Below are positions 27,138-36,482 of a stretch of DNA of 64,000 nt, one piece after another. Every line of letters starts with the position of its first letter. Position 1 is the first letter of the stretch. The notes beneath the pieces were generated by a model. It did not search any database and was not told the DNA's origin. It saw only the letters and a list, made by a program, of their open reading frames with translations. Location of the stretch: positions 186,001 to 250,000 of the IMG/VR virus record IMGVR_UViG_3300020202_000061; one strand, 5' to 3'. A program made the translations under genes and the position numbers.

Positions 27138-27794
27138 ATGTTCACTGCTGATTGGTCCGGTAACCTCGGACCGTGCCGCCTCGTCCGCCACACCGGGGAA
27201 ACCTGGAGCTACGAGAATCTCGACGCGCTGGTTCGCGACAACCACAACATCCTGATCAAGAATCTACTCTCGGACCGCCCTCCGCTACTGAGCGGGGTGC
27301 GCCCGAAGAACGAGTACGTCCGCATCGACGATCACCACGAGTATCGTCGCCGCATGATGAAGGACTACGGCTACGACCCATTCGCTCCGTGGGATCGTCC
27401 CTGGTACGTGGTTCTGGATGAACTCGACCTGATCGTGCCGCCCTGGAAGGTCCTGGAGCGTGCCTACGCCCTGCGTCTGTTCGACCGCTGGTATTGGCCC
27501 TGGTATACACCGGGTGTGGATCGCAAGACGCGCAAGCGCACCTACATGTTCCGTCAGGGCGTGGTGCCCGGCACCGGCCACAGCAGGGGTCGTCACCGCT
27601 GCTACATGCGCCGTCCTCACACCACGGCCGAGCGCCGTCAGTACGAGCGGGACCTTGTCGATGAAGATTTAGAGGATTTCCCCCAGCTTCGCGTGAGGAA
27701 TCGTCACCTGCGTCATTCCTATGACGATATCCCTCGCAACAAGCCTCGGAAGTCCTGGAAAAGCCAGCGCAAAACCCAGTACCGTCCGACTTGA
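27138..27794 (+). CDS. Arg-rich hypothetical protein
   Basis: GAGGA RBS; C-terminal SWK..RKTQY. Confidence 0.65.
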   Translation: MFTADWSGNLGPCRLVRHTGETWSYENLDALVRDNHNILIKNLLSDRPPLLSGVRPKNEYVRIDDHHEYRRRMMKDYGYDPFAPWDRPWYVVLDELDLIVPPWKVLERAYALRLFDRWYWPWYTPGVDRKTRKRTYMFRQGVVPGTGHSRGRHRCYMRRPHTTAERRQYERDLVDEDLEDFPQLRVRNRHLRHSYDDIPRNKPRKSWKSQRKTQYRPT

Positions 27795-27901
27795 CTTCTT
27801 GAAAAACCCCTCTATTTCAGGATTACACACGACACGAAATGAGCGCCTTTTCCAGGTTTTGACGGGGACCCGGAAAGGCGCTCTTCTTTCAAGGGGGAAA
27901 C

Positions 27902-28390
27902 GTGGAGATCGTCTATCAACAGGGCGACCTATTAGAAGCGCCAGAAACGGTTATCGCCCACGGGTGCAATGCCCAGGGTGCAATGGGGTCAGGAGTGGCC
28001 AAGGCGATTCGCGCAAAATATCCCAGCGTCTATCAGACGTATCGAGCCCATTATGAGAATCATAATCTCGGTTTGAAACTGGGTGATGTGATCTGGGTTG
28101 CCCAGACCGATGGCAAGACCATTGCCAACTGCATCACTCAACAACACTACGGCAACGATGGAAAGCGCTACGTCGATTACGACGCGGTGCGTCTGTGCAT
28201 GAAAGAGATCAACGGGGTTGGCCGATCCCTCCAGGAGCAGAAACGAAACTGGTGGGATGAGGTCGATACGTTCTTCCGATTCGCCATGCCTAAGATAGGT
28301 GCGGGACTTGGAGGTGGAAGTTGGGACGAAATCGCCAAGATTGTGGAAGAGGAAACCATTTGGGTGCAAGCCGTGGTGTATGAGATATGA
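27902..28390 (+). CDS. macro domain protein (ADP-ribose processing)
   Basis: IAHGCNAQGAMGSGVAKAI; MPKIGAGLGGG.W. Confidence 0.9.
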   Translation: MEIVYQQGDLLEAPETVIAHGCNAQGAMGSGVAKAIRAKYPSVYQTYRAHYENHNLGLKLGDVIWVAQTDGKTIANCITQQHYGNDGKRYVDYDAVRLCMKEINGVGRSLQEQKRNWWDEVDTFFRFAMPKIGAGLGGGSWDEIAKIVEEETIWVQAVVYEI

Positions 28391-28557
28391 GCAAGAAATT
28401 CACACTCACTGATGAACAGATCGATGCGATTCAGACCGAACTCGTTTATGCGCTGGATCGTCTGAGCGATGAACTGGAAAACTCCGATATTGATGAGATG
28501 GACGAACTCCAGATTCGAATCGCTGCGGTCAAAGAACTTCAAAAGGTGTTTGAATGA
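28387..28557 (+). CDS. small acidic protein (56 aa)
   Basis: fills the gap between macro and metK with overlaps at both ends. Confidence 0.55.
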   Translation: MSKKFTLTDEQIDAIQTELVYALDRLSDELENSDIDEMDELQIRIAAVKELQKVFE

Positions 28558-29657
28558 GTCAGGTCTGGACCAGCGAATGTGTGGCTCCGGGCCACCCCGA
28601 CAAGATCGCCGACCGTATCAGTGATGCGGTGGTGGACGAGGCCATGCGTGGGGACGTGAATTCACGTGTCGCTGTGGAAACCCTGGTGAAATCCGATACG
28701 GTGTATATCGCGGGTGAGATCACCACCAAGGCGGAACTCGACTACCAGCGAATCGTGCGCTCCACCCTGCGTGGTCTGGGTTATGGCGATCCCAAGTGGG
28801 GATTTCCAGCCGATGATGTGACGATTGTCACCAACATTAATGAGCAGGCTCCGAAGCTGCATCAATTGAGTCAGCATAAGGCGGGTGATCAAGGCATCAT
28901 GTTTGGATATGCCTGCACCGAGACGCTCGATTACATGCCATTACCGCTGGTGTTGGCACGAGAGATGCAAATTGAGATGCGTCTCTACTCTCAGCGCAAT
29001 CCTGGTCGTTTCGGTCCGGATGGCAAGTCTCAGGTCACGGTACGCTACTCCGATGAAGGACGCGTAAGTGCTGTGCCGTTGGTGTTGTTGTCGGTCTTGC
29101 ACTCATCTGAGGTGACCCGAGAAGAACTCGATCATCTGGGCGCGAACGTGTTCAAGCTCGCCATATTTAACCTCGGTCTGACTCGTGCGCAGACCGAGCA
29201 CACTCAGGTTCTGGTGAACCCAGACGGTCTGTGGACCCGTGGTGGTCCCCAGGTGGACGCAGGCGTAACCGGCCGCAAGATCATCGTGGACACTTATGGC
29301 GGTCGTGGCCGTCACGGTGGTGGCGCATTCTCAGGGAAGGACCCGAGCAAGCTAGATCGCACCGGAGCCTACGCCGCACGTTATCTGGCCAAACACATCT
29401 GTCGTCGATTCAAACTCCCGGAGGTGGAGGTCCAACTCGCCTACGTGATCGGTCAGGAACAGCCCGTGTCGATCTGGGTCTCTGGAATGGATGAGGTCGA
29501 AGCGCGAAAGGTCGTGCACGATCAGTTACCGGATTTATCCCCGAATGGACTGATCGAACGCTTTCAGTTGAAAACCCCAGGGAAGATGCCCATCTATTCC
29601 TGGTTGGCAAGTGGGGGACATTTTGGTATACCCGACCTGCCATGGGAGAAACTATGA
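28554..29657 (+). CDS. metK: S-adenosylmethionine synthetase
   Basis: GHPDKIAD, AGDQGIMFGYA, DGKSQV, TGRKIIVDTYGG..HGGGAFSGKDPSK. Confidence 0.95.
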   Translation: MSQVWTSECVAPGHPDKIADRISDAVVDEAMRGDVNSRVAVETLVKSDTVYIAGEITTKAELDYQRIVRSTLRGLGYGDPKWGFPADDVTIVTNINEQAPKLHQLSQHKAGDQGIMFGYACTETLDYMPLPLVLAREMQIEMRLYSQRNPGRFGPDGKSQVTVRYSDEGRVSAVPLVLLSVLHSSEVTREELDHLGANVFKLAIFNLGLTRAQTEHTQVLVNPDGLWTRGGPQVDAGVTGRKIIVDTYGGRGRHGGGAFSGKDPSKLDRTGAYAARYLAKHICRRFKLPEVEVQLAYVIGQEQPVSIWVSGMDEVEARKVVHDQLPDLSPNGLIERFQLKTPGKMPIYSWLASGGHFGIPDLPWEKL

Positions 29658-30235
29658 GTGAGATTTACTTTTCCACGGATATCGAATCCGATGGACCTAT
29701 TCCGGGACCCTACTCGATGTTTGCATTCGGGTGTGTTCCTATCTTGGAGAACGGCCAGATTCTACACGGTCGTGGATGGAACCTGAAACACCTGGAGGGT
29801 GCGAATCAGCATCCCGATACTATGGCGTTCTGGAATCGTCCAGAGAATGTCAAAGTCTACAAGCGCCTGCATGAGGCTCAGTTCGAACCCGAAGCAGCGA
29901 TGTTTCAGTTTTCCGATTGGGTGAAGAGCCTCTCGAAGCAGCACAACGCGACTCCGGTATTCGTGGCGTATCCGGCCGGGTTCGACTTCATGTTCGTTCT
30001 TTGGTATTTGAACCACTTCGTCGGAGAGTCGGTATTCTCGCATTCCGCTTTGGATATGAAAACCGCCGCATGGTCCTGGTTCAAGAACCGTGCGTTCCGC
30101 AAGGTCACCAAATCGTTCCTGCGAGAACACTGGCCCAGCGATCACGTCCATGATCATGATCCGGTCAATGATGCGCGTCAGCAGGCGGAGATATTTTCGT
30201 TGATGCTCCAACACCGTCAGAGGATAGCTGCGTGA
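29654..30235 (+). CDS. DEDDh 3'-5' exonuclease
   Basis: TDIESDGP, GFDF, HDPVNDA. Confidence 0.85.
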   Translation: MSEIYFSTDIESDGPIPGPYSMFAFGCVPILENGQILHGRGWNLKHLEGANQHPDTMAFWNRPENVKVYKRLHEAQFEPEAAMFQFSDWVKSLSKQHNATPVFVAYPAGFDFMFVLWYLNHFVGESVFSHSALDMKTAAWSWFKNRAFRKVTKSFLREHWPSDHVHDHDPVNDARQQAEIFSLMLQHRQRIAA

Positions 30236-30552
30236 AACTCCCACTAAGACGTGCCGGGTTTCGTGATTGTGCTGGAGGAGCATTTCGTTGTGTGGTGCCA
30301 GTCGATCTCAAAGCCAACAATAATCTTCGTCAACGCGTGATTCGCGTGCCACATCAGCACACGAAGTCCACCGTGATTGCTCCGTTCAACGAATACACAT
30401 TTAAGCATTCGGATCGCTACGCTGAAGAGCGCGATCTGGCAGAACTTGTCCATATCACACAATCATTCTTTGGTGAGCGTGATGACGAGGAGAGCGATAT
30501 CGAATCGGTCGATATCGAGTGGGGTAGTTACAATGACTTTGGAGATTCCTGA
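30232..30552 (+). CDS. hypothetical protein
   Basis: GTGA coupling. Confidence 0.5.
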   Translation: MKLPLRRAGFRDCAGGAFRCVVPVDLKANNNLRQRVIRVPHQHTKSTVIAPFNEYTFKHSDRYAEERDLAELVHITQSFFGERDDEESDIESVDIEWGSYNDFGDS

Positions 30553-30561
30553 GGGGGAAAC

Positions 30562-30774
30562 ATGCAGGAAACACTTTATGCTTTGATTGCGATTTTCTGG
30601 ATTCTACAACCGGATGGTTCGGTTGTGATGGAGGAAGCTATATCGGATTATTATTATCCGATGGAAGAATGTCTGGACCTCCAAAAGCAAATTCCTAAAT
30701 CTATGGCGATGGAGCCCGTCGCTCACGGTTCGAAGTCACAGTGCGTGCCGATTCAGGTGATTCCGGCGAACTAA
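30562..30774 (+). CDS. small protein with N-terminal hydrophobic segment and two Cys
   Basis: GGGGGA RBS. Confidence 0.5.
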   Translation: MQETLYALIAIFWILQPDGSVVMEEAISDYYYPMEECLDLQKQIPKSMAMEPVAHGSKSQCVPIQVIPAN

Positions 30775-30918
30775 CCGATCCAGAACGGGTCGGGCATAGG
30801 TCCAATAGAACCGCATATGACCGGACCACGAATAGGCATCGCGATCCGGGAATATTCTGGCGTATTTCTGTTTGAGTCGGGTAAGCGGGGTCAAGGGTTC
30901 CTCCGGAACCGCTCCCCC

Positions 30919-31956
30919 TTATTCGGCCGCTGCCTTCTGCTCGACGCGATCCCGGCCATACTGGATACCGGGCTTATTCGTGGCTGAGAAACGCTGCGAC
31001 TTGATCCTGGTCCACCCCTGAGGATCAATGTTCCGGAACCGGATTTGGTTCCCGAGGGTGTGGAACTTGTTGCCCTCGCTGTCGTAGAGCCGAATCTCCT
31101 CACCATCACCGAACAGAAACGATTCTTGATTGTACTTCGCACACAGGTAGATGGCGAACTTCAAAAACGCATTCAGGTTGAGTGTGCCCAGATTCCGTGT
31201 GGGTAGAACCAGAAACCGCTGCTCCTCATGAGGGCGATTCTCTTCCTTCTCTTGATACCCACCCATCACCGGGATATACCGGACTGCCTCCTGAGAGAGG
31301 TCGGTGCGAAGTTGGTGGGTGAGTCTCTTGTTGAGACGATCATTCTTGGGTTTATCCTGGACAAGACCACGCGCCTCGGGGCTACGCGAGGCCGAAATCG
31401 CGAAGAACGGAGTCCCTGCCTTGATCTTCTGCACGATACGTGAGGCACCCGCACCGGCCTCCATCAGACCAGCACGACGACGAATATCAGCGATTTCGAT
31501 GTCCTCGGCGGCCATCCGACCCGGACGCGGCGGCACACCGTGTTTGATGAAGCGCTCGATCCCGTCCTGATCAAGGATACGATGTTCCTCACCACGACCG
31601 ATGGTCGTGCGTGGTGCACGAGCCACGATGATCAGGCGTTGAATGCCTGGAATCTGATCGGCTAGAAACTTTGTGGCCCGACGCAGGTCCTTCCAATCAC
31701 GACCTTCCAGGTTCGAACCCACATCAGGTTTACGACGGTCGAACGCCAGACGCACCCAGCCGTGGCTGAACATCACGTCCAGTGTGACCGGGTCATAATC
31801 GCCCTGGATCGCATCGTCGAGTTCCTCAGGATCGACCCCGTAAACCTCAGGACGCTTTTGCACATCTCCGGTATGGCTGTTCGATCCGAACGGAATCGTC
31901 ACCAATTCCCCGGTTTTCGCGTTATACCAATGACGGTCGGACTGATACAAGCTCAT
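30919..31956 (-). CDS. late two-domain protein with internal RRRAGLMEA linker
   Basis: TAAATA 5 nt before ATG; C-domain GGYQE..EQRFLV..KYNQES pattern. Confidence 0.7.
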   Translation of the reverse strand: MSLYQSDRHWYNAKTGELVTIPFGSNSHTGDVQKRPEVYGVDPEELDDAIQGDYDPVTLDVMFSHGWVRLAFDRRKPDVGSNLEGRDWKDLRRATKFLADQIPGIQRLIIVARAPRTTIGRGEEHRILDQDGIERFIKHGVPPRPGRMAAEDIEIADIRRRAGLMEAGAGASRIVQKIKAGTPFFAISASRSPEARGLVQDKPKNDRLNKRLTHQLRTDLSQEAVRYIPVMGGYQEKEENRPHEEQRFLVLPTRNLGTLNLNAFLKFAIYLCAKYNQESFLFGDGEEIRLYDSEGNKFHTLGNQIRFRNIDPQGWTRIKSQRFSATNKPGIQYGRDRVEQKAAAE

Positions 31957-32027
31957 GAGGATATTTAGGAATTCCGCTTGACGGATACCTATCCGGGAGT
32001 TAAATTTAATCTAGGAGGAGAAATAGC

Positions 32028-32657
32028 ATGAATTTTCAGGATTACAACAAGATTCGAGCCAGTCTGAGATATTGGCTACTGGGGAGAAACTATTTCAAAG
32101 CACTGAAGGCGATGGAAGTCGGTCTGGAATACCATACGGGAACCCGCAAGAACGGGGCTCCGGAGTTTATCCATCAGGTCAGTCAGGTCCAGTACGCGAG
32201 AACCCTCGAATCCCAGCTACTCTATCCGGAGGATACGTTCTGCACGATTTTCCTCCACGACATTGTCGAGGATCACAAGTATCCACGATCCGGCATCAAA
32301 CAGTTCGGCGATTCGGTGTATCGAGCGGTCGAACTCATGACGGATGCGGATGAGACGGGTGAGGATAAAGCCCTGGCTGACTATTTCCGCGCTATGGGCT
32401 ACGATCCCATCGCAAGTTTCGCCAAGGGTTGTGACCGTGTGCACAACTTCCAGACCATGATGGGTGTGTTCAAGCCGGAGAAGAAGGAACGCTACATCCG
32501 GGAGGGGACCGACCTGATTATCCCGATGCTGAAAATCGCTCGCAAGCAATTCCCCGAGCAAGAGCAGGCATATCACAACGTCACGCATATTCTGAGGATG
32601 CAGATCGAACTGATCCAGTATTCCTTAACTTCGGAACTCCAGGAGACAGTTTCCTAA
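32028..32657 (+). CDS. HD-domain protein, RelA/SpoT-hydrolase (Mesh1)-like
   Basis: HTGTRKNG.PEFIH, FLHDIVED, KGCDRVHN. Confidence 0.85.
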   Translation: MNFQDYNKIRASLRYWLLGRNYFKALKAMEVGLEYHTGTRKNGAPEFIHQVSQVQYARTLESQLLYPEDTFCTIFLHDIVEDHKYPRSGIKQFGDSVYRAVELMTDADETGEDKALADYFRAMGYDPIASFAKGCDRVHNFQTMMGVFKPEKKERYIREGTDLIIPMLKIARKQFPEQEQAYHNVTHILRMQIELIQYSLTSELQETVS

Positions 32658-32698
32658 TCTCTTGACAAGGTTTGGGGTTCTGATATATACTCGGATAT

Positions 32699-32776
32699 GG
32701 CGGTGTACTGCTTAGCGGCCTAAAGCGGGTGTCTCTAAAATACTGATCGCGGGTTCGAATCCCGCCACCGCCGCCA
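32699..32776 (+). tRNA. amber suppressor tRNA (CTA anticodon)
   Basis: GGCGGTG/CACCGCC-G-CCA; GGTGT-CT-CTA-AA-ATACT; own promoter at 32662. Confidence 0.82.
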
Positions 32777-32790
32777 AGAAAGGAACTAGA

Positions 32791-33009
32791 ATGCCCTATC
32801 GCCGTCGTTCCGGTCTCAGTGCCGGAGATACAATTTTCGCCGGGATCAGTGCCGTCTGGATTGTTCTCTGGATCGCCTGCATTGCCGCGTGGATCACCCA
32901 CGTGATCACCTGCATTCAGACCGAGCAATGGGTATTGCTGATTGTGGGCGCACTTCTCGCTCCGATTGGGGTCATCCATGGCTGGGGTCTGTGGCTCGGG
33001 ATATTCTGA
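32791..33009 (+). CDS. small two-TM membrane protein
   Basis: hydrophobic; P.GVIHG. Confidence 0.65.
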   Translation: MPYRRRSGLSAGDTIFAGISAVWIVLWIACIAAWITHVITCIQTEQWVLLIVGALLAPIGVIHGWGLWLGIF

Positions 33010-33530
33010 TGGAAAACCGCAAAGGACTTCTCGCGCTGCTCCTGGCCCTGTTGGTCGGAGCTTGCACGAATCAACCCTATCCCCCGGTGACCCACCGGAT
33101 GCAGCCGAACTGGCAGCAGGTCTACCAACAGCAACACGGTCTGGTCTATGTGTGCGAGCCCTCCAGGGGCGTCAGCACCGGCCAGATCATTGGAACCCTT
33201 GGTGGGGCCGCAGCGGGCGGCTACATCGGCTCTGAGGCCATCGGCAGCAAGGCAGGCACCGCTGGTCTGGCTGTGCTTGGCGCGATCATCGGCAATCAAG
33301 CCGGTGCTGCGATGGACCAGCAGCAGAACTGTTACTACACCCAGGGTCCACAGCCCTACGCGGGCGCGGCCACACCCTACTATCTGCGGGAGCCCCAGGG
33401 CTTTGGTCCGGGCGGCCGTATCTGTCGAGAATTCGTCGAGGACGTGACCATGGTCCGTACCAACACGATCACCCAGGCCCACTACATCGCCTGCCAGGAT
33501 TCCCAGGGTTTCTGGAGAATCATGCAGTGA
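33009..33530 (+). CDS. glycine-zipper lipoprotein (17-kDa surface antigen-like)
   Basis: lipobox LVGAC; GTLGGAAAGGYIG; CREF...AC.D..G.W. Confidence 0.8.
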   Translation: MENRKGLLALLLALLVGACTNQPYPPVTHRMQPNWQQVYQQQHGLVYVCEPSRGVSTGQIIGTLGGAAAGGYIGSEAIGSKAGTAGLAVLGAIIGNQAGAAMDQQQNCYYTQGPQPYAGAATPYYLREPQGFGPGGRICREFVEDVTMVRTNTITQAHYIACQDSQGFWRIMQ

Positions 33531-33865
33531 CCGAAATGTATCCGAATCTGGAGAACCCGGCTGTAAACCCGGACGAGCTTCCATATCCGGATCAAAACGA
33601 GGTCTACCAGACCCGTGGCGGCCACAAGGCGCGATTCCTCATGGAATTGCCCAAACATTGTGTGCCGGGTGACGAGACAGTGACCCACAAGCGTTTCCTC
33701 TACGCGGTCGAAACCGGACCCGACTCGGGCTGCTACCAGTATCAAATCTGCCACGAGGACGGTACCCAATTCGGGGTCTCTCAGAGTGGCCCTCTTATGT
33801 TCGATATCATGCCGTTCGCCGATATTCGATGGGGTCGAACATGGCCGCAATGGCGAGGGGAATAG
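33527..33865 (+). CDS. hypothetical protein
   Basis: GTGA coupling. Confidence 0.5.
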   Translation: MTEMYPNLENPAVNPDELPYPDQNEVYQTRGGHKARFLMELPKHCVPGDETVTHKRFLYAVETGPDSGCYQYQICHEDGTQFGVSQSGPLMFDIMPFADIRWGRTWPQWRGE

Positions 33866-34155
33866 GCCGCACGCGTCTGCGTCTGGCCAGGATGATCGAG
33901 GCCAAACTCCGCGATCTCGGCCACTCTGTTCGTGTCGATCCCGCCCGACTTGATCCCGCCCAGGGTTATTGGCGAACGGATTCCCGTGCCGACGTGATGC
34001 GCTGGGAAGGTTGGTTCGAGCGTGAGATCGAACCCGGCCGATGGATGCGCCAGAGCATCTGTTCCTGGGATACCATGACGGACTGTGTCAGGGGTTTCGA
34101 GATTTGGCAGGACACCGGATGGTCGTGGGAAGTCGGCGCTCACAAAAACTCTTGA
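33850..34155 (+). CDS. hypothetical protein
   Basis: ORF ending at promoter 34152. Confidence 0.5.
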   Translation: MARGIGRTRLRLARMIEAKLRDLGHSVRVDPARLDPAQGYWRTDSRADVMRWEGWFEREIEPGRWMRQSICSWDTMTDCVRGFEIWQDTGWSWEVGAHKNS

Positions 34156-34275
34156 CAAACTCCTCGGTTTGACATAAGTATTCATCAACCGTTATCCCCG
34201 CCGAGTGCGGGTTGTGATTTGAAAGCGATTGTGCTGTCAACTTGGGACTATGAGGATCAAACCATGTTGTAGGAT

Positions 34276-34680
34276 TTGACTACCGACACGCGTAACCGGA
34301 GGGATTCTGATCCCCTTCGTCTCTATGCGATCCTCCGAGGCGATCTCGATATGACGCCCGGTAAGATTGCAGCGCAAGCGGGTCATGCATATCTCGACTC
34401 GTTTCTTGCCGCACGGACACTCCGTCCCGATACCATCGACCCTTACAAGACTCTGCACGGGATCAAGATCGCCATGAAGGCGAAGTCCCTGGTGCATCTG
34501 GAAGAGGCCCACGAGAAGCTCGTGCAGGCCGGGATTCCCTGTGCCCTGATCACCGATCTCGGATACTACGGGGTTCGTGAGGACCTCCTGGGCAAGGCCA
34601 CGATCACCGCGCTCGGTGTGGGTCCGGCTCGCCGTGGCGAGGTCGAGAAGATTTTCCATCGCTTCCGCTTGATGGACTGA
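34276..34680 (+). CDS. pth2: peptidyl-tRNA hydrolase Pth2
   Basis: LYAILRGDLDMTPGKIAAQAGHA..KIAMK..ITD.G..TALGVGP. Confidence 0.9.
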   Translation: MTTDTRNRRDSDPLRLYAILRGDLDMTPGKIAAQAGHAYLDSFLAARTLRPDTIDPYKTLHGIKIAMKAKSLVHLEEAHEKLVQAGIPCALITDLGYYGVREDLLGKATITALGVGPARRGEVEKIFHRFRLMD

Positions 34681-34691
34681 GGAGAACAATC

Positions 34692-35075
34692 ATGAAAACC
34701 AAAGAACTCATCCGCCAACTGATGGAGCAGGACCCTACCGGAGAAGAAGAGGTCTGCGTGAACAACGTGGACATCCACTTCGTCCAGCGTGAACCCGCCT
34801 GTCATGACGGTCACCATCAGGTATTGATCCGCGACGAATCCAATCCCTACTACAACATAATCGGCGCGGAGTATCGCTCCGAGGGGATCAAAATCAACAT
34901 CACGCCTCTCTCGATCCAGTGGGCCATCTATAACGATCCGAAAGTCCCGGTAAGTTACGTCGGTGATTACACCGAGGAGGATCACAAAGAACAGGTCGAG
35001 CAATGGCGTGCAGAGACCCGCAAGATTATCAAAGAGATTGCGGCCGAGAAACCCAAGCGTAAGAAAGGAAAGTGA
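34692..35075 (+). CDS. hypothetical protein
   Basis: GAGGAG RBS. Confidence 0.6.
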   Translation: MKTKELIRQLMEQDPTGEEEVCVNNVDIHFVQREPACHDGHHQVLIRDESNPYYNIIGAEYRSEGIKINITPLSIQWAIYNDPKVPVSYVGDYTEEDHKEQVEQWRAETRKIIKEIAAEKPKRKKGK

Positions 35076-35076
35076 C

Positions 35077-35445
35077 GTGAGCGATTTTACTATTCCGACT
35101 CCTGAGCAGGCTCAGTGGTTCATGAACCGCATCGAGCAGTTCTCCTCGAATCGTATTGAGGAAGTGTTCATCAACGAGACGGATGAAATGGTCCATCTGA
35201 CGACCTCTTATGAGGATTACTGTATGGGTTGTCATATGGGCACAGAGCGCGAAAGCTTTGGGATTCCATTTGGAATCTTCTTCTCTCATATCAATCCTAA
35301 ACAGTGGCTCGATGAGAGAAAGGCGCGTCTCGATGCTGAGAAGAAGGCTAAGGAAGAACAGTCTCGCCTGGAACAGCAGCGCATCATCGAGCGATCTGAG
35401 CGCGAAGAGTTGGCGCGACTCTCACGCAAATATAATGAGGCATAA
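35077..35445 (+). CDS. hypothetical protein
   Basis: co-directional ORF. Confidence 0.55.
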   Translation: MSDFTIPTPEQAQWFMNRIEQFSSNRIEEVFINETDEMVHLTTSYEDYCMGCHMGTERESFGIPFGIFFSHINPKQWLDERKARLDAEKKAKEEQSRLEQQRIIERSEREELARLSRKYNEA

Positions 35446-35781
35446 CCATGTCGTAGAAGTGCTCCTGCGATTCTAACGTTGCTTACGGCATCTTCAAGGA
35501 TGATCGACTCTACCGCGTCACGTTCAGTCGCGCGGTAGCCCGTCATATCCTTTCGTATTTCCCGGAACATCACGCGCGTCTGATCGACATCGTGATGGGT
35601 CCGGAACTCCAACCCGGTGAGACTCACGGTCTCCTCGGTATCGTCAATCGCCGAAACAACCGACTCCTCAGGGCCACGTGTATCCCTGGGGTTGCGGAGC
35701 TATTGACGGAAGACCCCTCGCGATACATCGCCAAGTGCTGGATCGCGGGAACTCAACCCCTAACCCAAGAGGAACTCAATC

Positions 35782-36159
35782 ATGACTAACAGCGAAATGA
35801 ATGCGAAGCTCCGTGATTTCTTCAAACTACCCGAACCCAAGGATAGAGAATCATATCTGGCCTGGGTGAAGGAGTGGAAGGCGCTCTACCGCGAGCTTAC
35901 CCTGTTCATCAGGAAACTCCGCACCACCCGTAAGCAGTACATCTGGAAGCGCACGGAGGCCAACGGTTACACCGATCCCAGCGGTAAGTTCATCCGTATG
36001 AACAAGAAGTACGAGCAGGTGGGGCCGAATCCCAACCACGATAGCTCGGCCAACTATTGGATCGCTCGGTTCTCGGCATCAGCCGCAAGTATGCTCGAAC
36101 TTCGTGCGATGCAAAAGGAAAATGCCCGGAAGCGTATGACAGAGAAAAGGGCTGCTTAA
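35782..36159 (+). CDS. hypothetical protein
   Basis: GAGGA RBS. Confidence 0.6.
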   Translation: MTNSEMNAKLRDFFKLPEPKDRESYLAWVKEWKALYRELTLFIRKLRTTRKQYIWKRTEANGYTDPSGKFIRMNKKYEQVGPNPNHDSSANYWIARFSASAASMLELRAMQKENARKRMTEKRAA

Positions 36160-36482
36160 GGGGTGCAAAATAGGGGTTATAAATATTTTTCTTCAAACGA
36201 ATCACATCCAAGTATTTGTGATCCCTCATGTTCCTAAATGTCCAGATAGCGCTAAATTGACGTTATCTGGACATTTTTGCACCCATTTGTAACCCCATGA
36301 AATCCAGGTATTGAATAAATTCAAAACTCTGTTACATCTGGTGAATAGTGGTGGGCCGTAAACAGGGGTCGCCAGAGAGCAATCCATCCAACCTGTGGAA
36401 AACTCTTGACAAACCCTAGGGTTGACAGTATGTTTCTCGGGTAACGAACGGGAATTGATCTCGTTTAACCTGTGGGGGAACC

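Noticed and set aside
32699-32776. tRNA-Pyl
   Set aside because: It shares the CUCUAAA loop and G73, but has a canonical TTCGAAT loop, a D-loop GG and no short Pyl-type linker; no pyl genes in the window.
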